Counted from the stretch's first letter, positions 23,069-37,917 are shown. The stretch is DNA of 64,000 nucleotides from Trichosphaerium sp. ATCC 40318 (GCA_038496445.1 JALMLS010000255.1:558001-622000), one strand, 5' to 3'. The notes: a model not told the origin generated them from the sequence alone. Numbers and translations: made by a program.

Positions 23069-24449
23069 TTATTTGTATCTATTATATCCTCCTTGTTTCC
23101 TTGCTGGAGCCGATATCTTCTTCAATGGGTGCATTTTAAGCCCAATCATTTCCAAATACTTCGTTGTTTGAGGTTGAACTTTAAAAACATATTCTTTGCC
23201 TTCACCGCCATCTCCACCAGTTGTCTTTGGTCTGACAGTCATAACAAAAGGCTCAGTGATAGCATAAGTACCTTTTTTCGCCAGAACATTCTCTTTCACC
23301 CACCTAGAGTTTTCCTCAAGAAGGGCTTTCTTCAATTGTTTTGGGAATCTTGGATTTGCATTTTCACGCAAAGGAAACAGCTTGTGCGTAGCACGTACAA
23401 TGGATAACCACTCTTCGTCATAATGTAATACCTTAGGTAAATTTGGTACCGAAGGATATACTTGAATAACCTTACAGAAGCGTCGGTTAGGTACAGGCTT
23501 ATCAAGCGCCAAAAATTTTGTTTCTTTGACAGGTTCATCATCATTTGATTTGGGTGTTTGCCTTTGCCCTTTTCTACCCCTTACAGGTCTCTTTGTATGC
23601 TTCACTGTAGCTTCAAAGTGAACATGCATATGACCAGAACACCATCACGTTGGTTTAAGGTCTTTTAAGAGTTTCAGGTACCCACGAAATCCAAGAGCGT
23701 CTTGTTTGTTTGCATCTTTTTCAAACCATGGTTTTGTACGAAATAGCTTCTCAGCGTCACCGTAGGTGAAGATACTACCCGGCCAGTCGTGTGACATTAT
23801 AATATCAAGATGACCACGTACTTGAGACAGCTTAAAAAGCTCATACTGCCGAACATGGAAAGCGCTTTTTTTTTCTGCAAAAGTGTACGGTGGAAGCTCA
23901 AAATGGCCTTTCTGGAAGTCGTAACCCTTCCAAATACCGCTAAACCCTCCAATACGCACTCCTCCAAAGTTTAGAACGCCTGAATAGCCCATGAAATAAA
24001 TATTAGGCGCAGCGTATCCTCCATAGTAGATTTCGCGCAAGTGGTTGCTTGCCTAGCGAAAGTAAGCATTTGTGATGATTTTGGACGCTTTTTAACGTAC
24101 TTCATGGTTGCCACCGATAAAAACAGTTGGAATAGGCGCTACAAGTTCTCCGTTGTAGTATTTGTAGAAATCTTTAAAGATGTGGTATTTTGCTGGTCCT
24201 GAAAGACATTCTAGGTCGTAATCGCATCGAACAGCCTCAAAATCGCCACAACAAAGGACGAGATCAACTTTGTAATCATTTTGCTAATTACTTGTTGTAA
24301 GGTAAAGGTAACATGCTTATATGCGTTCAAACCTCCTCATAGTGCTTAACTTGCTCGTATATTCTATCTAACTGTCCATGAGAACAGCCAATAACAGCAA
24401 TATTGAGTGGTTCTGCTTTGGTTTCTTTTTCTTCCTCTTTAGGTTCCAT
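23069..24449 (-). CDS. DBR1: RNA lariat debranching enzyme, with an in-frame TGA at 23645-23647
   Basis: [28 protein letters not shown]|[64 protein letters not shown]. Two introns in the 5' part. Confidence 0.93.
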
Positions 24450-24579
24450 CGCAGCAGTTATTTGAGTAATTGAAACGAACGTCAATGCTACCATTCACCG
24501 AAGCAATTTACTTCGTCATCACCATTACCTAAATTTTCTTGTTTTCTGAACTCAAGCACAACACCGTGTATCCTTTCTT

Positions 24580-24830
24580 TGTCGTGTGCCACTATGACTC
24601 TTGCAACATACAAATGGAAGATCCAGATTTACGAAGAAAGGCATTTGAGTCTGGATCTTTGCTGTGGGCAGTGCAACATTTACTAAGCTCTGCTTCTCTG
24701 GACTATTTATTGTGTCCTTTCTATGGTGTAAAAGAAGCACCTTTGCCCCACGTGTTTGTTTACAACTTAACTTTATTATGGTCATCTCTTGAATGGTAAC
24801 AAAACAATTTGAGGCACGAGAAAATTCATG
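24580..24830 (+). ncRNA. Candidate structured RNA upstream of and antisense to DBR1
   Basis: 14-bp stem AAGATCCAGATTTA/TGAGTCTGGATCTT containing two G-U pairs, plus GTGGGCA/TGCCCCAC, TGCTTCT/AGAAGCA, GGAC/GTCC and ATGAC/GTCAT stems. Confidence 0.35.
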
Positions 24831-25217
24831 TGTTTTAATCTTGCTTACATAGCTTTTTTCAATTTTTAAAAATGAACTACTCAGCCAACACTTTATTGTT
24901 CTTTGGCTCACCATTATCGTAAAGCATATCATGCCAACCTAAAAGTAGTTAAAGGATGTAAATACGACACTAATGGAAACAGACTAAGCAAAGGCTTCAA
25001 CATGTCAAAAAGAATACATGGCTTGATTTGAAATCAATGGACAAGTTACGTAAATAGGTCGTATCTATTGCCTCGCTTAAATGATATCATCCTGCACGGA
25101 CTCAAATTGAATTTCTACTTGGTATTGTATTCTTACATGCGTGCGTTCGATGACGCGAAAGAGAAACGAAGGAAGAGTTATTGACTTCTTTTTTTTTGTA
25201 CAATTTGTTTTTTAAAA

Positions 25218-28200
25218 TTACGTTGTGTATGATAGCTGGTTTTTAAGTCTATGTGCTCGCTGGAGTTGAAAATTTTTCATTTGTTTCTTTATACTCTGTA
25301 GCCATGACTATATTATAAAGTCAGTTGATGTCATTAATAATAAAGAGAGGCGTGATTTCGAAAAAAAGTGAATTTGTTAGTTTTATACCTCTTTTGAGTC
25401 GTTTGACTCGCATTGTATAAGCATTGTAGAGCTTGACGTTAGTTCCATTATTTCGAATAAATTTACAGCAGATTTATCTATAAATTACTATGTCAGTTGA
25501 AAACCATAAAAAAGAAAAGTTGTAATCTCTAATTAACGAACCTTCTTTATCTGCACAGTTCACTACAGATATCTCTTTTAACATCCATTTCTTTTTCCAC
25601 ATGTATTTTTTGTTAAATTGCTATCGTGCGTATTAGTACAACCATTAATGGACAACGAAACGAGGAAAAAAATAAGAATAATTTTGCTTCATTGTTGTGT
25701 TTTTTTTGTTGCCTAAGCAGGAACTGTCGTGAAGATGAAAAAATTAATTTGTGTTATAAGTACGTTACGAAGCATCTTCTTTGAGCTTGGAATGAGTTTT
25801 CTCTTTGTTAGAACCAACAACATATCAGTAAATAAATACACTCGAATTTTTTTAAGTTTCTGCTCCAATACTTCACTCTGTTTTAATCATTTTTAGCATA
25901 CGTCTACCACATAACACTCAAAAGATTTTATATCCAAAAAAATATACACATACCGCATCACCCTCTTTTATCAACCTTCGGTTTCTTTGAACCAAATTAA
26001 GCTCTGATCCGTTATAAATGTTTAGTTGAAGATCTGCTAATTTTTTCATGCAAATCTCTGAGAAACTCTCCGCTTGTTCATTAACCTTATCAATAAATCT
26101 ATTCATAGTTTGTAAGTTAGCAAATGATAATATTATAGCTTATATCACATGTTTCAAAAACGCACGTGACAGCCTCGTCGATGAGTTTAATTGCTCTTCC
26201 AAGATTTGTATGTTCAGAATGAGATTGAGTAGTGTGTTGATGGAGTTGCTAAAAATCGATAAGCCTTTTGATGTTTAAAACTAATTGCGTTTATTATACC
26301 CGTAGTAGTAAGCTATATCTACCTATAACATAAATGCAGTTAGATTTTTTTCGAAGCATAATACATAATTACTAGTAAAACGCAAAGGGAAAACAAAACA
26401 AAACAATTGAAATCACTATTTTGTTAGCAAACAAGAAGCTTTTTTCTAATGCGTACATATTCGTTGTATCGGCTTTATAAGCATTGCTGAAAATTCCAGG
26501 TTTTTACATGCCGGATCTTGGAGGAAAGTCTAGAAAACACAAGGCATCAGACATGTTGTTTTGGCATAACATTAACTTACCGTCATGTATGTTTTAAATT
26601 CTCTGTTGCTCTGATACAAACTATCCGCCATTGCTTTTGATAATGTCTTCATACTACAATACTCTGTGTATACTTTCAAATAACCAGCCTACAAACAGAA
26701 TGCTTAGAGAAAGAGAAGAAAAAAACTACAAAAAAAACTAAACATACAAAATCAGAAAAAATGTCACCAACAACCATATACGCAAGTGACTTTACTGGTC
26801 CCCATTTCATGGCTGCTTCTTCATGTCTCATATTCAAAGGTTGGTATAGATGTACATTATTCGTGCGGGCAATAGCCTTCATGTTACACGTTAGCATAAG
26901 CCAGTCTCGAAGAAGAAAAGGTTAAAGATTACAAACCTTTATATTTCCAAACAACACTCTATGTTCTTCTTTAGATACAATACCTTGCTCAAGCATAGGG
27001 TTCATGAATAGCTGTATTAAAGTTATGTCCAAAAATCGTAAAAAATATTATTTTCAAAAAACCACGTGCGTCAATGAGTGTATTCAGGTCATCTTTGTAG
27101 TCGCTTTCTGTTTTCATAATTTCTGCCATTATATTCCCTTCAAAAATATTAATCTGTGATGCGGTTACAAGTATTTACCTCTCTTGGCGCTGTGGTGTGG
27201 TAAAGCAGGTGAATTCTGATCATTTGCACCATCCATAAGTTTAGATACGTGCTGTAAAGAAAGAGAAGTTAAAAACAATTGAAAAACTGATTCCGCTTTT
27301 TCGAAAGAAAAAAAAAACACAAAACAACACAAAAATCACGCTTTCTTTCGGAAGTAATTTTACGAAATGATTCATTGTGTTGTTTAGAAATTATTTCATA
27401 TAATAGTGTACCATTGATTGTGCGCGTTTATGATTTTTTCCAAATCCGGTTGACAAATTTCGATTAAGGTTAACAGGTGGAGTGGACTCAACAAAACCGA
27501 TTCTTGTTCTTCTATCATAAAGAGATGACTCTGATGCTGATTTTTCATGTTCTCTCGTCTTAAATGGAGTAGGTGGAGATGAAGGCGGTGTATATTTCGG
27601 CGGTGAAGAGTGTAGAGAAGTTCCTAAACGTCTGTTCACTTTTGGCTTGGGAGGGACTTTAGGTGGAGGACTTGGTTTACTCCTCCTCAGAATTCTATTT
27701 GGAGGAGCAGGTGTTGAGACTGCACGCTTTCCTCTCAGCTTTCTACAATAAATTAAGAAAATGTATTGAACACAAAAGGAAGTAAGTACAGTCGAAGCGT
27801 AATGAAAAATACATAAAAAAAATCGAGTGAACTTCACGTGTTGTTTTTACTGCAAATAAACCTTGTGGGGTCGCATAGATTTTTTTTTTAAGTGTTCCTA
27901 AGGCAAACACACAATCTTACACGTAGAAATATTTATGTGTTCAAATCAGATCACTCTTATAAGATTCAATTTCGTGGCTCTGAATTTTTGTTCTTTTTGG
28001 TTTTTTTTTTTGAAAATCACGTGATCTTACCTTGTTGCTGGAGAAAGACGATGTATTGGCGGTTGTTTTGGTTTCGGTGGATCAATTAAAGGCTTTTTCG
28101 GCGCATGGCCGTTTTCATGGTGCTCCGACAATGATGTCCCAGGGTTTAATTGCTTAAGTAATGAAGCTACATCACTACGGAGCTCCGAAAGAACGCGTGA

Positions 28201-28345
28201 TGTTGTCGTTTTATAATCCTCAAATTCTTTCTTTAATGCTATCAATTGGCTTTGGTTGTCTTGTATCACCTACATAAAAATACTGCGTTGAGGATATGAA
28301 TTGGGCAATTAAGAACATAAAAACAAAAAAGATGTGTTGCCATCC
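25218..28345 (-). CDS. RhoGEF (DH-PH) with N-terminal coiled coil and Pro-rich region; start uncertain
   Basis: EIMKTESDYKDDL (DH start), RYSLLLRQLHQHT..H..L..AI (DH end), RRLIKEG and YLFTDMLLV (PH), SWLQSI near the stop. Confidence 0.85.
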
Positions 28346-29033
28346 TTCTAGTTGTAGTTAATTGTTATGTACCGAAAAATTTGATTCTGGCGTCGCAAAG
28401 GCTTTGTACATTATGCTTAATACTCACGTTTCTCCAACAGGTATTGTAAAATCCCCCAAAAAATACGTAAGCTGTACAGTATACTACCTGTTCTCTTTTG
28501 TTTTAATAAAGTAAAAAGCAATAGTGCTTATCTAATGGTAGAGATTAATCACTTTGAAAAAAAAAAAAAAACCCAAAAATTCTCACGTGCGAAAGAAATT
28601 TCGTTGACACTCTTACTTGTTACGTTACATCAATTTGTATCAAACAATGGTATAAGACTATGACAAGCAAGCTAATAAAGAAAAGTAGCAACTTAGTAAC
28701 GCGATTACACGATGCCAAACGTCAGAAAGTTGATAACGAGGTAGTGGCTATCGACAAAACAAGGCATCGTCAACATACGTATGCTACGTAGGTATAGCGC
28801 ACAAGCCGAAATCAACCAAGCCCTCACAAGACAAAGCACGATATCAAAAACCTGCGTAGCGCTTTTTTCTATTTACTCGCGTAGACGCTCCAAGTAACTC
28901 ATACTTCGGAGAAAGGCGTATGGGACACTTTTAATCGACGAAGTCAATTGTTGTCAATAACGATAATAAACAAAAGCCGGCTTTACGTACCTTGCATTAA
29001 CTCCTGCATGATAGCGTAGTTCCGACTGTCTGA

Positions 29034-30774
29034 ATGTGTAAGAATACACCGTATTTAGCAAATTCTAACGTATTTAGCTCTACGGAGAAGTAACACTAAG
29101 AAGAAGACTATACATTCCTTTGTAAAGACTCACGTAGATTTAAAAAACGCATCGTACGCCTTTATTTGCGAAAACGCAAGCCGCTTTTTGTTTTTTTGAT
29201 TATTATGCACAAAACACAATACTAACGGTTTTATAAGGTCTGATATTGATTATGGATACCATCAAGTGTTTCATCCAGGGAAGCCAGACGCCGGTGAAGA
29301 CACCTTTTTCATTAACGCCCAATATAGAGCTATAGCTGTGTTTGATGGTACGTATAACGTTATTTTTAATATTTAAACCTCTTGTTTCTCCATTTTGCAA
29401 TCAATTTGACTGTTTTGCTTTTAAAACCACGGTACAATCTCCGTGATGTTATACAATACCCAAGCGATACCGTTTGGAGGTTATATACAAACTCGACGCT
29501 AATACAAAGCGTACCCGGCCAAAAATACATTGAGCCACTTAATTTTATTTGTATATTCTCTTTATACGGACAACGATCAAATTTACTCTCGTTGATACCT
29601 CTAATTCAATCAAAGAGTTGTAGTTCCTTCTTTTTTTTGAAATATCTGTTGTTTCTCCTTGTATTATCACTAAAACACCTCTAGGTATTGGTGAATGGCG
29701 TAGGCGTGGTATAGACGCAAGAGCTTACCCTCTAAAGCTATGTGATACAGCGCTAGAAGCTGTTCAAGATAATGAGCGTGATCCACTTGAAATAATGTCT
29801 ATTGCTTGCAATGGGAGTAAAGGTATCGATGGTACAAGTACTGCATGTGTTGGCGTATTCGAAGGAAATGAGTTCAAGGCAGCAAACTTGGGTGATTCTG
29901 CTTTTGTCGTTATTCGTGATTTTTCACTTCATTTGCGATCAAAGTCTCAACAGGTACTTACTTAGACACCTTTTTGCCCACGGCCAAGATTTTCCTTTGT
30001 TTTCACAGAAACACGTCAACGTTCCTTTTGGGATTTTTGGCAGTTCCTTTTTTCGTAATTTCGTATTTATACACGTGTGAGGTGTCATCACTGATTTTGC
30101 TCGTTTTTACAAAAAAATCAGAATATTACAAAAATCATTTGCTACAACGCGTGTGGACGTCTTAATTTTGCTCAAGTTTTGCCTACATTTTGTTGCAAAA
30201 CTTCAGGATTTTATTTTGGAAGTAACTAGTTCCTAGTCGTCACTTTAGTGTTTTTTTGACTCATTTTTTTTGTTTTAGATTAAGTTTAATGTACCGTATC
30301 AAATGGGTAGCACATCTAATATTGTACCGTGGGAAAAAGCGGATACGTATAAGACAACAATAGAAATTGGTGATGTTATCGTTATGGGTAGTGACGGCCT
30401 TTTTGATAACTTGTTTATTGAGGATATAATCAAAGTCATAAAAAAAGTGCGTCAGATATCCACAGAATTAACTTTGCTTCACGGCCTCATTTGATGACCT
30501 TTCAATTTATTGATACTATTGGTATTCTATCTAACAATGGTTTTTGTAGAATTGGGATAGCTCAGCGCAGAAAATGTCAAAAGCAATGGGCCATAAAGCG
30601 TTTGTAAAGTCTAAAAACAGAAAAATCAAGACACCTTTTTCAGAAGAAGCAAAAGCTAGCGAATATGATTGGCCTGGTGGTGGTAAGATGGATGATATTA
30701 CATTAGTGATTGCACGTGTAAAATCGTTACCACCAGCACCAGATATGACACGTTCACCATCATTAGACCTGTAA
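29034..30774 (+). CDS. PP2C-family phosphatase, PTC7-like
   Basis: GEDTFF, AVFDG|IGEW, GTSTAC, ANLGDS, FNVPYQM, GSDGLFDNL, TPFS, GGKMDDITL. Confidence 0.92.
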
Positions 30775-31089
30775 AAAGGAAGAAAAAAAAGGATTTCAAA
30801 AAAAAAAAGAAAAAAAACCGAAAAAAACCTTTTTTTTGTATCATTAATAAATTATATGAAGAACTAATAACACTCCTGTTGCTGCCCACTCGGCGTTTTT
30901 TAAAACTGAAGAACAACATTCCAGAAGGTGTTGCACTAAGAAATCTTCAGCTGTCGTATATGCAAAGAGTATAAAACCATTTATTGCTTTTTACTGAGAA
31001 AATGACATTTTTAGACAATTTACACGTCTTAGTCCCCATTTACGTAAGAGCAATGGATATCACCAAAAGGTAAAACTCAATTATATTAC

Positions 31090-34000
31090 TCAGTTCACAA
31101 GATGGGTTCTGAGATAATTTGTAATGTAAGTGAGGTAATGTTTTTTTGCACCTAAAAAAACAAGTATTAGCAAAAAAAAACAAATAAGGGAAGACTCGCT
31201 ATCTCGAGTAGTAAGGGATTACAATACTTAAATAACATACCAAATTTAGCTAGTGCATGTGCTCTGTTCGCATAGTATACAGAATCATACTGAACACCAG
31301 CAGCTACCAAAGAGACATTCAATTGCGCCGAGTTTTGGAAATGTACATTATCATCACCAGTACCATGTATCACCAAAAGCTTTGTCTTGATGTTCGATAC
31401 CTTATCTAATATAGAGCTATCGTTATATCCATCAAGATTTTGTGAAGGTGTGAGCATAAAACGTTCAGTATAAGCAGTATCTAATGATTCAGTATCAGCA
31501 ACATTGGATAACACAAAAACCACTAGTTGTACCATAGTAACGCCAATCTGTAACTGGTGCTACTGATACACCAACACGGAATGTTTCAGATCCTTCAGGA
31601 ACAATAAGACATGCTAGAGTAAGCAATCCACCAAAACTATGGCCTCTGATAGCCATACGATTTGCATCAATCTCTTTTCTTTGACCAATCAATTTAGCAG
31701 CTGCTATTTGATCAAGAGCTTCTTTGACACCCAGTTTAAGACTAATCACTTTGTTAATCATATCTTGTTTTTTGGCCTTGTGAGGTTATAAACGTACTAT
31801 GTCTCTTGCATGAATTTAATGCCTCTACCACCAGTACCAATATTGTCAATTATAGCAACAACTATGTTAAGCGTAGTTGAGAGATAATCATCATATCCAA
31901 GACCATAGCACGTGTTCACACGTTGAGAATCAGGTCCACCATAACTAGGAGAAAGCGATTAATTATAGAAGAGTCATGCTATGGTGTTTATTTTTTTTAA
32001 AAAGAGACGCACGGTGATAGTAAGAGAGGGTATTCTGATTCTTTTGTTTTGTCAAAACCAGGAGGATAAAGGAACTTGACGTTAAGTGTATGTCCATTCA
32101 CTTCAATCGTAGTTATCTCAGAAGAAGGTAACTCAAAGCCTTGAATAAGAGATTAATAAATAAAAAACCCTCATGACTCATTACTAAGCAATCAAAAAAA
32201 ATCACGTGTCTGAAAAAGATTTTGTTACCTTCTAACTTTTTAGCAAGTTCTGCATTGTCTTCAAGGACATGCTCAAACGAATAATCTTTTGTAGATTTTA
32301 TCACTTGACGTGGTACATTAGGTCCACTATAAGTTAGTATATAGTACAGACCAACAGGTGAGAAGTTTACACGGTAGTAAGCTAAAAGAAAAATCAGGCA
32401 AGAAAATTCAACAGATCTAAAAAGTTTCTTGTACCTTTATCTCCGTCAACATTTGAGAGTGATACACGCTTAACTTCAAGAGTATCAATGTTTACAATAC
32501 ATACATGATTCTCAACAGATGAAGCATGAGTACTTGTGAAGTACATCTCCTTGGATTCCGGAATGTATTTCAGGATATCGCGGATATCCCAATCACCTTT
32601 TTGGTAAGTTAAAGTTGCTTTTCTTGAAAAGTTATACCTTCAGTAAGGAATTTAACAAATCCAGACTCTCTGTTATATAGTGCTATATGTAGGTGGCCGT
32701 TATTATCTCCCATTGACACAAACCGATCACAATCAAGCCAGATTGGTTCACTCTTTAAAAAAGAACAGTTAAAATAACTGATGGACATAATAATGAATTT
32801 AGTGGCTTACTCCAAGAGCCCACCCAGTCTTGGCTTTCCAAGTGAGAACATTACTTATTGTAGCGCCTTTAGTAGCATCGGCAACAATTAACCTTTCTTC
32901 AGTTTGATCTCTATTGCGAACACTACAAAGACATAAATAAATAACTTGAAGAACAAAAGTTTAGGCAAGCTTACCTTATGCCAAGGTACTGAGACTTTGA
33001 GTCAGGAACCCACGTAATGGCATACAACCACCTATTAGATTCTTCTTCAAATGGAATAACCTTTACAAGAACTATTAAACAAACACTGAAAATAATATTT
33101 AGCAATAAACCTTACCATATCATTTGTTGTTTTATCTTTAAGATCGTAAACCTTGACCTGAACAAGAGGGTTTGGTGTACCGACCTTAGGGTAAGGAATG
33201 ACCATTTGGGAAGGATAAAGGTTATCCTTAGGATCATGATATACTGGTATGGATATACGTTGTACAAGCTTAACAAAATGTTGTCAGTTGCAATGCCTAA
33301 TTCAATTATCACTTTTTTTACGTACACGTTCATCAGAGCGCTTGTATGCTATTTTTGTTCCCTCTGGGGACCACCATAATGCAACAGGACTACTAGTTAC
33401 ATCTTCTTCGTATACCCAAGTTTGTACACCATTATAGATTTCATTAATGACACCGTCAGTAGTAACTGTTACTGGATCACATTGAGGCACAATGCTTCTG
33501 TAGTAAATATTGTTATCCTTCACATACGCCTACAACCAATGTTAAATATCTCTTAAGTGATTAGCCATATATAACGCATACAATAGAGTGTCCTACAGGA
33601 TTCCATACGGCATTTTGAACCTTATCAGTACCAGACAAAGCAAAAGTTTCCCTTTTAGTTTTTTTTTGTTAATATTATTTCAAAACCAGAAGACTTACTT
33701 TGTGGCAATGTTGTACACCACATAAACAGCTTTAAAAGAGTGTCTCCATATCTAGAAAGTAGTGTAAGTCACGTGACTATCATTAACACGCTATATATAG
33801 TGCACCTTTTCACGCTTTGTAGCGAAGAGGACATGAGATTGGTCAGGAGAAAACCAGTAAGAAAAATACTTGACTTGTTCTCCGTTCTAAGTAGAAATTA
33901 GTTGTCAGAGCTGGATTAGGCACTATTGGCGCGTGTTGACGCCATAGAATGATGATTGAAGAGTTTCAAAAAGCGGTTTGTTGAATGGGAAACACAAAAA

Positions 34001-34272
34001 TAGGAGATTGTACCAGTTTAATGTCTGATTTGTTAAATAGAGGTGTTTTATCGCCAGTTTTTGGATCTAGAGAGCTTACTATGCCAGTTTTGTCATCGGC
34101 TGTAGAAAGAGTGCCTAAGAGCTATTAATAATATTTTGACGCGTAATATACCATTTGGAAGCCATTTGGTAGTCGTAGACTCAGGAGAGAGCGTGCGATC
34201 AAACATGTTTTCAAAGCTAAACTGTTTGCGTTCAGCAGTCTCACTCGCTGGTGCTTTAGATGTTTCAGCCAT
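31090..34272 (-). CDS. Dipeptidyl peptidase IV family (S9B) peptidase
   Basis: WVYEEDV, ALWWSPEG, YPKVGTPNP, YGGPDSQ, catalytic GHSFGG, APVTDWRYY, HGTGDDNVHFQNS, RAHAL. Confidence 0.92.
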
Positions 34273-34452
34273 GATTCCTACTATTTAATGCTAAACGAAC
34301 TTCGAAAGTTGTGAAAAACTTCAAAGTCGCCTAAAGTCAGTTTAAACTCAACTACATTTGTACAATGAATGTGAGTGTACACCACGATACTTTCTAAGGA
34401 CAACTAAGTGACTAGTGAAGTTATTTATTTTCAAGAGGCAAGCTTGTTATTT

Positions 34453-35418
<966 letters not shown>

Positions 35419-35858
35419 TGTGTTTGCCTGGAAATGAACTTAAGCAGTTTAAGTTTACTGACTTGTAAAACAGTTGGTAACGGCGGGATTGCAGCAACTT
35501 CTCCTCAACGCATTCTTTTTTACGCACAACAGTACGTGGAAACTACTCTAAATAAAATTTTCGATGACATGTGAACCATGACCTTCGTCTTGGTATCCTT
35601 GGAGCGTTTAGCGTGTTTGGCGGGTCATTTGGTAATTTTTGTTGTAACGAACAAGTAATTCCAAGTAACAGCTCTACAATATGTTTTATCTGCTTTTACA
35701 ACACAAACGCTACCATGTCTCACCACTCCATTTGAATTTTCGAAGCGAATTCGGTTCGATACCCGCTAAATGAGTGTTTGTATTCTTTCTAAAGCACTAA
35801 AGAACTATTTTGTGATGTTCATTCGCTCATTCTGCCATTAGATTAAAAAGTGACATTA

Positions 35859-37543
35859 ATGACGACAAGAAAGTTTGACGAGCTATGCTGCGAACATCAA
35901 GGATCCCGTAAACGCTTCAAGGTACTATCATTCTCTTCTACAAAAAGCTCACGCGAAAAACAGAAAGAGCCAGTTCAATCGACCCCACAGCATATTAAAG
36001 TACTTCCACCGCCTATAGAATCACTATGGTAATTACTTAAACCGAATTCAGGACGTTTATCCTGTTTTCCTTCCCAATCCCAAAACTAAGATTCTGACCC
36101 ATTCCGTAGCCTTAACCCTCGTTACTTGGGGACAACAAAGCCTACTAGAGCTAAAATAAGATACAGAAGAACTCTTTATGATGATATCTTATTTGTTGAA
36201 GCGTGTGGTCAGTGTAGATTCTTTAGTCTCAAAAAACAAGGCACGTGAATATAAGGCGGAAATTCGGTTGGGTTTTCCTCTTGTTTTGTGAATATTCAAA
36301 AAAAAGTTGGTGTTTACTGTTGACTTTGTACTTATTTTAAGACGTTAGGGTTGGGAACTATGTTTCTAAAAAGTTTCTCTAATCGTGGTATGGGTAAGGT
36401 TGTTGCATTCCCATCATCGATAGTGACTACCATCACGGATAGTTTCATCGAGACTTGGGACTTTAGGTACGCTTTTTTCTTCGCTTTTTTTCTTCAACAC
36501 TTGAGCTCATTTTTTTTCATGCAGGGGCTCTAAACCCGTCCAGTTGATGGATAGAACTCTAGTGCCTCAAGGGAACAAACCTCAATGGCCTATTTTCGCT
36601 GATACTATTGGAACTGATCTCCTTGTTGTTGTCTTCGATCATCTCATTATTGTTTATTCTATCAGCGCACTTCGGATTGTTGCACAAAAAGTAGTATCTG
36701 CCAAGATCGAAAATGTCATTCAAGCAGGACCAGCAAGCTTTATAGGCTTAACAGATGGTGGCCTTGCTTTTTACTGGATGTTTAATAAGAACAGTATGAT
36801 TTTGAAGCAACAAGGTGTTCGTCTTCAACGTGGACATGCAGCTCATATAAATCCAAATATTACAACTTTCTTAAGCGGTGGACACTTGGTCTGTACGTAC
36901 AATTTCTCGTCTCGTTTTTTGTTTTAAGTGCCGTGCACGACTGTATTATCTGGTTTTACTTATCGTTTATTGTTAGGCGCATGGACACAGAAGCATTCGA
37001 GGGTGTCTGATGATAATGTTGGGATTTGGAATCTTAACGGAAAATTGTTGGCGAATTTACAAGTTAGTCGTGTTGTTACTTGCTTGAGGGATAAAACTGC
37101 ACATGTACAATATCTACATGGTCTTAAAGATGGACGTGTTGCTATTGGAAACTCAAGGAGTGAGCTTATGTTATGGAATCCGAGAACAAACAAAAAACAT
37201 ATTATTTGTCAAGGTGAGTTTTTTTTCTTTTTTTGCGGAAAGTCTCTTCTGTAGACCTTCTGCTCTCTATCGTTTTTGGTGTCTTACATTTTTAATAGGT
37301 GTACAAGAACCTTATTGCGAGCTACCAAGCGGTCATTTGGTTGTATGTGGTCAAGATGCTCCAGAATTGCTGTTTGTCGACTTGTCATCTAGAACAGTTT
37401 TGGGTCGTATTCATAATGCTATGCTTCGTGATGTCACTTCTCTGGACTACCTACAGCACCTTAATAAGATACTTGTAGGACATAAGCATAGTACTAGTAT
37501 ATGGGAACCTTATGCAGAAGTACCAATCAACTCAAGTTGCTAA
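35859..37543 (+). CDS. Hypothetical protein, probable divergent WD40/beta-propeller
   Basis: Spliced exons with VGIWN, LKDGRVAIG..LMLWN, LPSGHLVVCG and TSIWE segments. Confidence 0.55.
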
Positions 37544-37917
37544 GCAACAACATTGTTGGGAATGGAACATAGTATTAATTTTTGGCCACGTGGAAAAACA
37601 TTTTTGTAAAACACTGTAAATAAACATAGAATATCTCAGTATTCCTTAGACTTCCGTATCACTAAAATGTACATACAGTTCAGTTCTCACGTGAAAATGT
37701 AACGCTGTAAAAGCTTGATGTACATCAATACAATTTTTTCTTGTTTATTGGTTGTAAAACGCACGTGTTTAAACGAACCCACGTATTTCAGGGTTTTACA
37801 TAAAACCACAATAAAAAAAGCTGTTACACTTTGTGCATTAAAAACGCAATACTTGTTCTTTCTAGTGTAAGGAGAGACGTCTCTTTGCAACCAAAACTTG
37901 CTTGACAATCATTTGTA

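Noticed and set aside
26095-26175. Possible non-canonical splice donor in the RhoGEF
   Set aside because: A canonical GTGCGT donor in the right phase restores the DH helix spacing.
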